Source: an uncultured Dehalococcoidales bacterium (GTDB lineage: Bacteria > Chloroflexota > Dehalococcoidia > GIF9 > UBA5629). Taken from it: a stretch of DNA of 64,000 bases. Under the pieces are notes generated by a model. That model did no database searches and was not told the origin of the DNA. It worked only from the letters and a program-made list of their open reading frames with translations. Position numbers and translations under genes: made by a program. The stretch lies in assembly GCA_964605885.1 (NCBI GenBank), contig CAZSED010000011.1, positions 1,073-65,072 of the forward strand, written 5' to 3'. Positions 8,800 to 18,277 of the stretch are shown here, piece after piece (within the stretch, counting starts at the first letter, position 1; each line of letters begins with the position of its first letter).

Positions 8800-8818
8800 T
8801 GACAGATTATTACTGTCA
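8800..8818. promoter_or_regulatory. Inverted repeat TGACAG-N7-CTGTCA overlapping a -35-like TTGACA (minus strand) upstream of the GTPase operon; candidate operator or promoter.
   Basis: Minus-strand reading is TTGACAGtaataatCTGTCAgcgTAGACT. The operon start codon at 8695 lies about 100 nt away. Confidence 0.35.
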
Positions 8819-8865
8819 ACGCTCTCCCCGTATAGGTCCACCGGACATGTAGTACCGGTCGGCCG

Positions 8866-10026
8866 CTATTTTCTCTGGTCGAACCTGCGCCTCAGAAGCA
8901 TGGAAGCAATGGCGACCTTCTGTATCTCGATTGTGCCTCCGGCCAGCCCCCAGCCCCAGGCATCGCGCATCATGCGCTCCACCGGGTAGTCCTTGGAGTA
9001 GCCGTAGCCGCCGTGCACCTGCAGCGCCATGCCGGTAACCTCCCTGGCCATCTGGTTGGCAAAACACTTGGCCAGGTTGGCCTCCAGCGGCACGGGCAGG
9101 CCGGTTGAGGCGTTTACTGTAGCACGGTAAATAAGCAGCCTGGCGGCTTCAACCCTGAGCGCCATATCGGCCAGCATCAACTGTATGGCCTGGAACTCGC
9201 AGATTTCCTTGCCCCACTGTCGGCGGCTCTGGGCGTAGGCCAGCGCCTCCTCCAGTGCCCCCTGGGCGATGCCCAGGCACATGGTGGCATTGCCGCAGCG
9301 CTCCAGGTCGAAGGCCAGCATCAGCTTGCGGAAATCCCCCTCCTTGACCACCAGGTTTTCACGCGGCACCTTACAGTTGTCGAATATCAGGTCGCAGCTC
9401 GGCATGCCCCTCAGGCCCATGAGCTGCTCCTGCTTGCCGAAGGTAAAGCCGGGCGTGCCCTTTTCTATGACCAGCCCGCCGATGCCCTTGGCGCCCTTCT
9501 GCTCGCTCAGCCTGACGTAGACCATGTAGGCGTCGGACTCGCCACCGCCGGTGCAGAAGCGCTTCTGGCCGTTCACCACATAATGGTCGCCGTCCAGCAT
9601 CGCTCGGGTGGAGAGGTCGGTCAGCGCCGACCCGGCCTCCGGCTCGGTCATGCCGATGGAGATGAGCGACTCGCCCCGGCACACCGGCGGCATGTATTTC
9701 AGCTTCTGTTCCTCCGTTCCGAACTGCTCTATCACCTTGACCGGCCCGACGTTCGATTCAAATACAGGAGAAGCCGACACACTGGATATCCTGGCCAGCT
9801 CCTCTATGGCCAGCACGGCCTCGAAGGCCGAGCGACCCTGTCCGCCGTACTGGACCGGCAGGCACAGGCCCAGCAGCCCCAGCTCGGAGAGCTTTTTAAG
9901 ATAAGATATGGGCATGTGCTCGGCCCTGGCCTCCCATTCAGCCGCCCTCGGCCGGAACTCCTTCTCCGCCAGGTCGTGCACCATCTTCTTCAACATCATT
10001 TGCTCTTCGGTCAACTGAAAGTCCAT
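8866..10026 (-). CDS. Acyl-CoA dehydrogenase.
   Basis: N-terminal MDFQLTEEQMMLKKMVHDLAEKEF plus collinear ACAD-fold sequence (GGYGYSKDYPVERMMRDA). Length 386 aa. Confidence 0.9.
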   Translation of the reverse strand: MDFQLTEEQMMLKKMVHDLAEKEFRPRAAEWEARAEHMPISYLKKLSELGLLGLCLPVQYGGQGRSAFEAVLAIEELARISSVSASPVFESNVGPVKVIEQFGTEEQKLKYMPPVCRGESLISIGMTEPEAGSALTDLSTRAMLDGDHYVVNGQKRFCTGGGESDAYMVYVRLSEQKGAKGIGGLVIEKGTPGFTFGKQEQLMGLRGMPSCDLIFDNCKVPRENLVVKEGDFRKLMLAFDLERCGNATMCLGIAQGALEEALAYAQSRRQWGKEICEFQAIQLMLADMALRVEAARLLIYRATVNASTGLPVPLEANLAKCFANQMAREVTGMALQVHGGYGYSKDYPVERMMRDAWGWGLAGGTIEIQKVAIASMLLRRRFDQRK

Positions 10027-10123
10027 CTTTACATCTCCTGAGTTTTTATAGGCCGGGCGTCGACGGCTATTTTAGGTTTCCGGGTGCTGTTTTGCAATAA
10101 CCGTCGGGGCGGCGGCACCATTG

Positions 10124-10185
10124 TTGACGGCCCGTTTTGATAGTATAATCCCCTGCTGAAAGCCCCGCTATATTGAACAGTCAAT
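10124..10185 (+). promoter_or_regulatory. Candidate promoter TTGACG(10124)-N14-TATAAT(10144) followed by the palindrome ATTGAacagTCAAT (10172-10185), in the divergent region between the acyl-CoA dehydrogenase and CoA-ligase genes.
   Basis: Perfect TATAAT. A 5+5 palindrome sits between the -10 and the RBS GGAGG of the ligase gene. The spacer is short at 14 nt, so confidence is modest. Confidence 0.35.
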
Positions 10186-10222
10186 CAGCACGGTCACTAA
10201 ATTTAACCGGAGGTATCCAGCC

Positions 10223-11794
10223 ATGGACAGCGCATTCAAGTTTGAGCAGAAGAAGATCGGCGGAGTCCCCGTCAACGTCTACAAAGGACGTCCGACCAGT
10301 GTCTACAGCATGTTCGCTAAAACTGTCAAAGACTATCCCCAGCGCCAGGCCATCAGGTTCGGCGACCTCACCGTCAGCTATGCCGAACTGGGCAAAAGGG
10401 TTGACGCACTGGCGGCGGCGCTGGCTAACAACTATAAGGTCAAAAAGGGAGACAGGGTGGCGATTTTTCTGAAGAACGACGACGCCTTCCCGCCGGTCTT
10501 CCTGGCCATATCCAAGCTCGGGGCTGTATCCGTCGTCCTCAACACGCGGCTGACCAGGAGCGAGCTGGAGCACCAACTGGAGGTAACCAAGCCCGTAGCG
10601 GCGGTGGTCGACGGCGAGACCTGGGACAGGGAACTGGACGGGTTGATCGGGAACAAGGTCGAACGCAGCAGCCTACCCGAGATATGGGAAAAAGGCGGCA
10701 GCCAGGCGGCAGCCAAATGCGACGAGGAGGACCTGCATACCATTCTCTTCACCTCCGGTACCACGGGCAAGCCCAAGGGTGTCCGCATACTGCAGCGCAA
10801 CCTGGTACACAGCGCCGTCAGGATGCAGCAGTACATGACCGAGGTGCTCAAGATCGTCCCACCGGGCAGCGGCAGCAAGACTCTCATCGTAGCCCCGCTC
10901 TTTCACGTGATGGCGCTGCAGGAGCAGTTCATTCCCTGCATGAAGATGGGAAACACCACCATCATGCTCAGCGCGCTGAGCATAGCGGCCTTCCTGGAGA
11001 TAGTTGAGAAGGAGAAGGTGGAGTTCCTGGTGGGCTCACCCGCCATCTACAGGATACTGCTGGGCTCAGAGGAAGTGGCTAAATACGACCTCAGCCCGGT
11101 CAAGCTGGCCGGGTTTGGAGCGGCGCCCATGTCGCCCGACCTGATGTCCAGGATGAAGAAGGCCTTCGGCAAAGCAGTCTTTTTCAACGGTTTCGGGCTG
11201 ACCGAGGCCTCCGTATCGCTCGCCTCCTTTGGACAGGACTGCATAGACAATCCTACATCCATCGGCCGCCCCAGCCTGGGCTGCGAAGCCAGGATCGTGG
11301 ACAGCAAAATGCAGGAGCTGCCGGCAGGCGAGGTGGGCGAGATAGCCATCAAGGGACCGAACGTGGCCGGAGGCTACTACAACGATACCCAGGCCACCGC
11401 CGAGTCCTTCCGCGATGGATGGTTCCTCACAGGGGACCTGGGCCAGCGCGACGAGAAGGGCTTTTTCTACGTGGTCAGCAGGAAAAAGGACATGATAAAC
11501 CGCGGCGGCGAGAACATATACCCGGTGGAAGTGGAGAACATCATCTACCTGCACCCCCAGGTCATGGAGGTGGCGGTCTACCGCGTGCCGGACGAGGTCA
11601 TGGGAGAGAAGGTGGCGGCCTCCATCGTGGCCGTCCCAGGCACAACTCCGACCGCCGAGGAGATAGAGAAGTTCTGTGCTGACAAGCTGGCCAGGTACAA
11701 GATACCGGAATTTTTCGTCTTCACCAACGCACTGCCCAAGAACCCTGGCGGCAAGGTGATAAAAGAAGAGCTGACCAGGCAGTTCAAGCCTTAG
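10223..11794 (+). CDS. AMP-dependent synthetase/ligase (fatty-acid or acyl-CoA ligase).
   Basis: AMP-binding signature ILFTSGTTGKPKGV. C-terminal GGENIYPVEVE and KIPEFFVFTNALPKNPGGK motifs. Confidence 0.85.
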   Translation: MDSAFKFEQKKIGGVPVNVYKGRPTSVYSMFAKTVKDYPQRQAIRFGDLTVSYAELGKRVDALAAALANNYKVKKGDRVAIFLKNDDAFPPVFLAISKLGAVSVVLNTRLTRSELEHQLEVTKPVAAVVDGETWDRELDGLIGNKVERSSLPEIWEKGGSQAAAKCDEEDLHTILFTSGTTGKPKGVRILQRNLVHSAVRMQQYMTEVLKIVPPGSGSKTLIVAPLFHVMALQEQFIPCMKMGNTTIMLSALSIAAFLEIVEKEKVEFLVGSPAIYRILLGSEEVAKYDLSPVKLAGFGAAPMSPDLMSRMKKAFGKAVFFNGFGLTEASVSLASFGQDCIDNPTSIGRPSLGCEARIVDSKMQELPAGEVGEIAIKGPNVAGGYYNDTQATAESFRDGWFLTGDLGQRDEKGFFYVVSRKKDMINRGGENIYPVEVENIIYLHPQVMEVAVYRVPDEVMGEKVAASIVAVPGTTPTAEEIEKFCADKLARYKIPEFFVFTNALPKNPGGKVIKEELTRQFKP

Positions 11795-11808
11795 ATTGGC
11801 TAACTGGA

Positions 11809-13413
11809 TCAGCTAAGCTTCTTCAGCTCGCGCCGCAGTATCTTGCCCACGGCGCTCTTGGGAAGCGCTTCCATGAGTTGAATCGACTTGGGCCTTTTAT
11901 AGGCCGGAAGGTGATCCTTGCAGAACAGCACCAGTTCCTCCTCCGTGACGGAGCCGGCGGCCTTGAGCACCACGAAGGCCTTAACCTCCTCGCCGTAAAC
12001 GGGGTCGGGAACGCCGACCACGCCGCACTCCAGCACCTGCGGATGCCTGTGCAGGACGTTCTCAACTTCCTTGGGATAGACGTTCTCCCCACCGCGTATG
12101 ATGAGGTCTTTCTTGCGGTCTGTGATGTAGATATAGCCATCCTCGTCGATATGGCCGATATCGCCGGTATGCAGCCAGCCGTCCCTCAGCACCTCCGCCG
12201 TCTCCTTCTGCTTGTTCCAGTAGCCCTTCATCACGCAGGGGCCCTTGATGACTATCTCGCCCGTCTGGTTGGGGGGCAGTTCCCTGCTGTTCTCATCGAA
12301 TATCTTGATGTCGTTGGCCTTCTGGTAGCATTTGCCCACCGAGCCGTACTTGGGCGGCTTTCGCACTGCGGCATTGCCGCTGTTGACGGTGGTGGCCTCG
12401 CTCAGCCCGTAGCCCTCCCAGATATAAATGCCATACCTCTCCTTCCATTTATCGGCGACCTCCAGCGGCAGAGGGGCCGAGCCGCAGATGCAGAAGCGCA
12501 AAGAGTTCAGGTTGTATTTCCCGGCCGCCGGATGGTTGAGCAGCTGTATATACATGGTGGGTACGCCGCGGAACTCTGTGACGCCGAATTTCTGTATATG
12601 CCGCATGGCCTCCTCCGCATCCCAGCGCCGCAGTATCACCAGCTTCCCGCCGGTGAGGAACTCGAGATTGACGGCAAACACGCCGTAGCCGTGAAAGAGC
12701 GGCAGCGCTATCAGTGAAACGCGCCTTCGGTCAACGCCGTAGACTTCCACCTCTTTATCCTTTCTTTTATATCCCGGGATATCGCGGCCTCCAGCCTTGC
12801 CCTTCACAGATATTCCCCAGGAATCCAGCAGCGATGATTCATAGTAGCCGGAGACATGGCTGTACCAGTTGTAGTGCGTCAGCATCACTCCCTTGGGATT
12901 GCCCGTCGTGCCCGCCGTGTACAGTATGACGGCCAGGTCGTCATTATCGCGGTCCTCCATGGCCAGGCCATCAGGCTGGCCTTGCATCACACTACTGAAC
13001 GAAAGTGCGTTTTCGACGGCCTCATCGCCGGTAAATATCACATTTTTAAGGTCACTTGCTTCCTTGCGCGCCTCGGCAACGGCCTGAGCATAATCCGGGC
13101 TGCTGATCAGCGCCACCAGGCCGGCATCTTGGTAGAGATAGGAAAGCTCGTGCACGCGCAGCGAGGGATTGACCGGCACCAGCACGGCGCCTATCTTGAA
13201 TATGGCGAAAAACGACTGCAGCAGCTCGGGGCAGTTCGTGAGCTGGACTCCAACCCTGTCGCCAACTTTGACTCCCAGGCCCTTGAGCGCGTTGCCCAGC
13301 CTGTTGGCAGCGCGGCTCATCTGTAAATTGGTCAGCCACTTGCCTTCGAAGTGCACGAACTCGTACTCGCCGAATCTCGTCAGGTTGTCTTCCATCAGTC
13401 TTGCCAGGTTCAT
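11809..13413 (-). CDS. AMP-dependent synthetase/ligase (acyl-CoA synthetase family).
   Basis: ILYTAGTTGNPKGVMLTH, GGENVYPKEVE. I chose the start at MNLARLMEDNL (ATG 13413) with AAGGAG 6 nt upstream, rather than the ORF-track start at 13503. Confidence 0.85.
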   Translation of the reverse strand: MNLARLMEDNLTRFGEYEFVHFEGKWLTNLQMSRAANRLGNALKGLGVKVGDRVGVQLTNCPELLQSFFAIFKIGAVLVPVNPSLRVHELSYLYQDAGLVALISSPDYAQAVAEARKEASDLKNVIFTGDEAVENALSFSSVMQGQPDGLAMEDRDNDDLAVILYTAGTTGNPKGVMLTHYNWYSHVSGYYESSLLDSWGISVKGKAGGRDIPGYKRKDKEVEVYGVDRRRVSLIALPLFHGYGVFAVNLEFLTGGKLVILRRWDAEEAMRHIQKFGVTEFRGVPTMYIQLLNHPAAGKYNLNSLRFCICGSAPLPLEVADKWKERYGIYIWEGYGLSEATTVNSGNAAVRKPPKYGSVGKCYQKANDIKIFDENSRELPPNQTGEIVIKGPCVMKGYWNKQKETAEVLRDGWLHTGDIGHIDEDGYIYITDRKKDLIIRGGENVYPKEVENVLHRHPQVLECGVVGVPDPVYGEEVKAFVVLKAAGSVTEEELVLFCKDHLPAYKRPKSIQLMEALPKSAVGKILRRELKKLS

Positions 13414-13566
13414 CGGTTTCTCCTTATCAGCCCCGAAATTTGTTGGACACAGCCGGTTAATTATTATACCAGCCTGCCGAAGCAGGGACGGCAGGCCACA
13501 CAATGTACAGGCGGCATGCTAAAATATTGGAAGGTAATAACCGGCCGGGGAAATAAGGAGGTTGCC

Positions 13567-15171
13567 TTGCTTAAACGACTTCTGATAGTCATTGTCCTTG
13601 CCTGCTTGATGATGAGCAGCCTTCCCCTGTCAGGCTGCGCCACGCAGCCTGTGAAACACGGTGAAGGGGTATCCGAGGTGACACTGGACAGCGGCACAGC
13701 GCGCGGAACGGTGCAGGACGGCGTGCAGGTATTCCTGGGCATTCCCTACGCTGCTCCGCCTGTGGGTGAGCTGCGCTGGAAGGAGCCGCAGCCCGTCAAG
13801 CCCTGGAAAGGCGTACGAGACTGCAATAAATTCAGCCTTGCCTGCCCCCAGCCAGCTACACGGCTTTACGATATAGGCCAGACCAGCGAGGACTGCCTTT
13901 ACCTGAATGTCTGGTCGCCCGCCAGGAGCGACGATGAGGCGCTGCCCGTTATGGTATGGATTCACGGTGGCGGATTTACCACTGGCACAGCCTCGTTCAA
14001 GATGTATGACGGTATGAACCTGGCCAGGCAGGGAGTGATCATTGTGACTATCAACTACCGCCTGGGCCCGCTCGGCTTCCTCTCACACCCCCTGCTGAGC
14101 AAAGAATCTGCCCACGGGGTATCAGGCAACTACGGCCTGCTGGACCAGATTGCCGCGCTCAAATGGGTCAAGAGCAATATCAAGGCTTTCGGCGGCAACC
14201 CGGACCTGGTAACTATCTTCGGAGAATCGGCTGGGGCGGGCAGTGTGATAGACCTGATGATCAGCCCGCTGGCCGACGGCCTCTTTCAGCGCGCCATTTC
14301 CGAGAGCGGCTCGTTCAGCGACGCCTACCCCATCAACAGGGATGACACCGTGGCCAAAGCCGAGATAACCGGTGAGGCCCTGGCTAAAAAGCTCGGCGCG
14401 GACAAATCGCCTGATGCGCTGACGGCCATGCGCCTGATCCCGGCAGATGATGTAGTCAAGGCCGCTTTCGATGGGTATGAGGCACTTGGCAGCACCCGGT
14501 ACAGGCCGGTTGTCGACGGCTGGGTGATTCCCGCCGATCCCTGGTCGATGTACAGCGCCGGAAAGCAGAAGAAGGTGCCGCTGCTGATTGGCACCCAGGC
14601 CGATGAAGGCACAATTTTTATCCTGACCAACCTGCTGGTGCAGGCCATGACCGTGCAGGATTATGAAGGATATATCACTACGATCTACAAAGATAACGCT
14701 GCAGAGGCCCTTTCACTCTTCCCTGCCGCCGCCAAGGGCGATGTGCCCGGCGTTTATGCGAAGTTGTTTGGCATTATGAGCTTCGGCGCCGGCCTGCTGC
14801 ATGCGGCGGATTCCAGCTCTGCCAACGGCTCACCGGTCTATGTCTACCGCTTCACCCACGTGCCGGACTTCTTCCTCAAGATGTTCGGCGCCTTCCACGG
14901 GCTGGACATATTCTATGTCTTCGGCAACCTCAGGGCGGACAAGGTTAGCATACCTGACAGCGAGGTAGACACAGCCCTCTCGCAGGATATGATGAAGTAC
15001 TGGACGAACTTCGCCAGGACCGGCGACCCCAACGGGACTGGCCTGACCCAGTGGCCCGCTTATACCGCTGCCGGCGGGCAGTACATGGAATTCGGCGACC
15101 AGCTCACGGTCAGGTCCGGCATGTACAAGGAATACCGCGGCCTGATGGACAGGGTGACGGCCGGTAAATAG
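13567..15171 (+). CDS. Secreted type-B carboxylesterase/lipase.
   Basis: GESAG nucleophile elbow (FGESAGAGSV), an oxyanion HGGGF motif, and EDCLYLNVW. An in-frame TTG at 13567 has AGGAGG 5 nt upstream and gives the lipoprotein-like signal MLKRLLIVIVLACLMMSSLPLSGCA. The alternative ATG is at 13516. Confidence 0.8.
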   Translation: MLKRLLIVIVLACLMMSSLPLSGCATQPVKHGEGVSEVTLDSGTARGTVQDGVQVFLGIPYAAPPVGELRWKEPQPVKPWKGVRDCNKFSLACPQPATRLYDIGQTSEDCLYLNVWSPARSDDEALPVMVWIHGGGFTTGTASFKMYDGMNLARQGVIIVTINYRLGPLGFLSHPLLSKESAHGVSGNYGLLDQIAALKWVKSNIKAFGGNPDLVTIFGESAGAGSVIDLMISPLADGLFQRAISESGSFSDAYPINRDDTVAKAEITGEALAKKLGADKSPDALTAMRLIPADDVVKAAFDGYEALGSTRYRPVVDGWVIPADPWSMYSAGKQKKVPLLIGTQADEGTIFILTNLLVQAMTVQDYEGYITTIYKDNAAEALSLFPAAAKGDVPGVYAKLFGIMSFGAGLLHAADSSSANGSPVYVYRFTHVPDFFLKMFGAFHGLDIFYVFGNLRADKVSIPDSEVDTALSQDMMKYWTNFARTGDPNGTGLTQWPAYTAAGGQYMEFGDQLTVRSGMYKEYRGLMDRVTAGK

Positions 15172-15180
15172 GAATAAGGA

Positions 15181-17181
15181 CTAGAGCCCGGCCAGGTGGG
15201 CCGCCTGGTATACCAGCACGGCCATAGCGAAGGACAGCACGAGCTGAAAGGCCACCGAGAAGGCCGGCCATTTCCAGCCGCCGGTCTCGTGCCTCATAGC
15301 CGCCACGGTGGCGGCACAGGGGATAAACAGCACCTGGAAGACCAGGAAGGCCACGGCGGCAGCAGGAGTAAGCAACTGCCTGAGCTGCTGCGTGAAATCC
15401 ACGCCATGCCCGCCCAGCAGCACGCCCAGCGTGGCTATGGTATTCTCCTTGGCAACAAAGCTTGAGAGCAGCGCCACCATCATCTGCCAGTTCAGTCCCA
15501 TCAGCCCGCCTGCCGGCTCGAACCACCTGCCCACGTTGGCCAGGAAGCTGTCGTCTATCCTGCCGTTGGGCAGGATGGCCAGCAGCCAGACCGTTAGCGA
15601 CACCAGCAGTATTATCGTCCCGGCGCGCTTGATAAATGCCAGTGTGTTCTGCCAGGTCACCAGGCCCACCAGGCGCATGTCCGGCACGTGGTATAAAGGC
15701 AGCTCCATGATCAGTGCTTCGCTCTCGCCTCGAATGACAAATTTATTCAGAATCATGCCGATGATCACCAGCATCAGCAGGCTGAAGACGATGATGCCCA
15801 TGGAGACCAGCACGGCCTGGCTGCCGAAGAAGGCTGCAGCGATTATGGCCACCACCGCCATACGGCCGGTGCAAGGGACCAGGGGCGTAATCAATATCGT
15901 CAGCAGGCGGGCACGCGGGGAATCTATAATTCGGGTACCCAGCACGGCAGGAACGTTGCAGCCAAACCCCAGCACCAGCGGCAGACATGATTTCCCGTGG
16001 AGCCCGAGCAGGTGCATGAACCTGTCGGTGACGAAGGCCGCACGGGCTGTATAGCCCACATCTTCCATAAGTGCCCAGAAAATAAAGAAAAGCATCAGAA
16101 TGGGAATAAATGTCAGCACCAGGCCGACACCGCTGAGCAGCCCGTCCGCCAGGAAGCTCTGGAACCAGGCCGGTGTAAAGGCCAGGCTGCTGTAGACCAG
16201 CTCCTGCCCCCTTTCAATCAAGTTAACTTCAAGGAATTTTTGAATGGGGATGCCGATGCTGTAAACCAGCCCGAACATCAGGCTGAGCACCAGCAGCAGT
16301 ATGATAATTCCGCTCACCGGGTGCGTGGCCGCCCTGTCGATCCTCTCTGTAAGGGAGACGCGACCGATATGTGGCTTCTCCTGGGCTGCCGCCGCCATCC
16401 TTGCCACCCACTCATAACGCAGCGTGGCAATTTCCATGGCCGCCGACTCATTCTGTTTAAGATAAGAGTCCAGCTTGGGCCAGCGGTCCGGCGGGTAACG
16501 CAGCCTGATTAGCCTGTTGATCTGTTCATCGCCCTCCAGCAGCTTCATGGCCGCCCAGTGCTGCGAATAAGGTGAGGCCACTTCAGTGTTGAGCATCCCG
16601 GCCACGCGGTCTATTACCCGCAGCATATCGCTGCCATACTCTATATGCCTGATCTCTCGCCAGCCGGCAGGACGCAGGCACTCCTGCTCGATCTGTGCCA
16701 CCAACTCGTTTACGCCCCGGTTCTTGTTGGCCACGATGGGCACCACCGGTATGTTCAGGGCGGAGGCCAGCGCCTCTGCATCTATCTTTATGCCCTGCTG
16801 GCGGGCCACGTCCATCATGTTCAATGCCACCACCAGGCGCGGCGCCAATTCGATCAGCTCGGCAACTAAATATAAATTTCTTTCCAGGCTGGCGGCGTTC
16901 AGCACTGCCACCACAACATCAGGGCTCTCGTTAACCAGGTAGTCCCTGGCAATCTGCTCCTCGACCGAATTGGCCGTCAGGCTGTAGGTGCCGGGCAGGT
17001 CGACTATGTTCATGGTCAAGTTGCCGCGCCTCAGCACGCCGGTCTTTTGCTCGACTGTTTTTCCCGGCCAGTTGCCCACATGCTGCGAAAGGCCGGTCAG
17101 CAGGTTGAACACCGTGCTCTTGCCCACATTGGGAGCGCCGGCCAGTGCAACAACTATCGTCCTTTCTTCAGGCTGCTGCAT
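15181..17181 (-). CDS. feoB: Ferrous iron transporter FeoB.
   Basis: N-terminal G-domain VALAGAPNVGKSTVFNLLTG and DLPGTYSL, followed by a polytopic membrane domain. Length 666 aa. Confidence 0.9.
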   Translation of the reverse strand: MQQPEERTIVVALAGAPNVGKSTVFNLLTGLSQHVGNWPGKTVEQKTGVLRRGNLTMNIVDLPGTYSLTANSVEEQIARDYLVNESPDVVVAVLNAASLERNLYLVAELIELAPRLVVALNMMDVARQQGIKIDAEALASALNIPVVPIVANKNRGVNELVAQIEQECLRPAGWREIRHIEYGSDMLRVIDRVAGMLNTEVASPYSQHWAAMKLLEGDEQINRLIRLRYPPDRWPKLDSYLKQNESAAMEIATLRYEWVARMAAAAQEKPHIGRVSLTERIDRAATHPVSGIIILLLVLSLMFGLVYSIGIPIQKFLEVNLIERGQELVYSSLAFTPAWFQSFLADGLLSGVGLVLTFIPILMLFFIFWALMEDVGYTARAAFVTDRFMHLLGLHGKSCLPLVLGFGCNVPAVLGTRIIDSPRARLLTILITPLVPCTGRMAVVAIIAAAFFGSQAVLVSMGIIVFSLLMLVIIGMILNKFVIRGESEALIMELPLYHVPDMRLVGLVTWQNTLAFIKRAGTIILLVSLTVWLLAILPNGRIDDSFLANVGRWFEPAGGLMGLNWQMMVALLSSFVAKENTIATLGVLLGGHGVDFTQQLRQLLTPAAAVAFLVFQVLFIPCAATVAAMRHETGGWKWPAFSVAFQLVLSFAMAVLVYQAAHLAGL

Positions 17182-17183
17182 AG

Positions 17184-18086
17184 TTATGTATTCATCTGCA
17201 CCAGTATTTTTTCAGCTACGCCCCGGCCCAGGGCAACTTCCGTGTCATGAAGCTTGACCAGTATCGGGCCGCCGCCGAAGTTCTCCAGCATCCTGACAGT
17301 GCTGCCTGGCGTGAAGCCCAGCGACAGGCAGCGTCCCAGTGCATGCCTGCCGCCACCACAGTGACTTATGATTGCTGAATGCCCGCCGGGCAGCTTGCTC
17401 AGCGGCATTTCTTTGGCCTTCACCCCACCAGCCGCTGCAGCGGGCTTCGCCAGCAGCGAACCGGCGACCCCGGCGGGTACGGCAACCTCCCTGCCGTTAG
17501 CTTCGACTGTAATCGTACCGTCCCTGTCCTTTCTCAACACTTTCACACATGTGCCCGGCGTCAATCCCAGCCTGGCAACCTGCCGTAAGAACCTGGCATC
17601 CTCGTTGTCGATAGCCGATATGCAGGCTTCCTGCCGTGGCTGAAATCCGGACAGTGCTAAGCTATTCTCATCCTTGATCTTGCCATTGCGGTCCGGAATT
17701 GAGTGGCCGTGCGGGCAGGTATCCACGTCACCCAGCACATTCTCCAGGCCCTCCTCAATGCCGGGCGATGTAACATGCTCCAGCTTGCAGGCTTCCTCAT
17801 GCACCTTGTCCCATTTCATGCCCAGCACGTCGGTCAGGAACCTCTCCCACAGCCGGTGCCTGCGTATGACCTGCATCGCCTGCTGCCTGCCCAGGACAGT
17901 CAGACTGGCTCCCCGGCCGGCCCGGTATTTGACCAGCCCCTTGCCCTCCAGCGTACGCAGCATATCGGTCACAGCCGGCGCCGACACCTTGAGGTCCTCC
18001 GCCAGCAGCGAGGTCGCAACAAGCCTGTCCTTCTTCTGTCTCTTGTATATAGCCTCCAGGTATTCCTGGGTCCTTTCGCTTTCCAT
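17184..18086 (-). CDS. DtxR/IdeR-family metal-dependent repressor fused to two C-terminal FeoA/SH3-like domains.
   Basis: N-terminal HTH and dimerisation region (YLEAIYKRQKK...MLRTLEGKGLV...RRHRLWERFLTDVLGM). Two FeoA-like segments follow (GTCVKVLRKDRDGTITVEANGREVAV and GSTVRMLENFGGGPILVKLHDTEVAL). Its stop abuts the feoB start (2 nt gap). Confidence 0.75.
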   Translation of the reverse strand: MESERTQEYLEAIYKRQKKDRLVATSLLAEDLKVSAPAVTDMLRTLEGKGLVKYRAGRGASLTVLGRQQAMQVIRRHRLWERFLTDVLGMKWDKVHEEACKLEHVTSPGIEEGLENVLGDVDTCPHGHSIPDRNGKIKDENSLALSGFQPRQEACISAIDNEDARFLRQVARLGLTPGTCVKVLRKDRDGTITVEANGREVAVPAGVAGSLLAKPAAAAGGVKAKEMPLSKLPGGHSAIISHCGGGRHALGRCLSLGFTPGSTVRMLENFGGGPILVKLHDTEVALGRGVAEKILVQMNT

Positions 18087-18099
18087 TTAAGCCTCCTTA

Positions 18100-18117
18100 A
18101 ATTAAGCAAGCTTAATT
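18100..18117. promoter_or_regulatory. Perfect 8+8 palindrome AATTAAGCaaGCTTAATT immediately upstream of the RBS of the dtxR-feoA gene; candidate iron-box-like autoregulatory operator.
   Basis: Read directly from the sequence. It is an 18 bp dyad similar in form to the 19 bp DtxR/IdeR iron boxes (TTAGGTTAGCCTAACCTAA). Confidence 0.4.
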
Positions 18118-18277
18118 ATGCTACTTTTTACGCCCTGCCGCAATAACATGAGCCTGCGAAGGCCGTGCCTGATAGCGCAACATTTTTAACCGGCGCAACA
18201 AAACTGCTATACTGCTGTTAATAATATTGGATAACGGTTCCAGCTATAGCTGCAACTCTTGTTTCCGGAGGTATTCG

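Noticed and set aside
15308-16054. 248 aa plus-strand ORF inside feoB.
   Set aside because: It is antisense to the FeoB membrane domain and gives a Ser/Thr/Ala-rich artefact translation.
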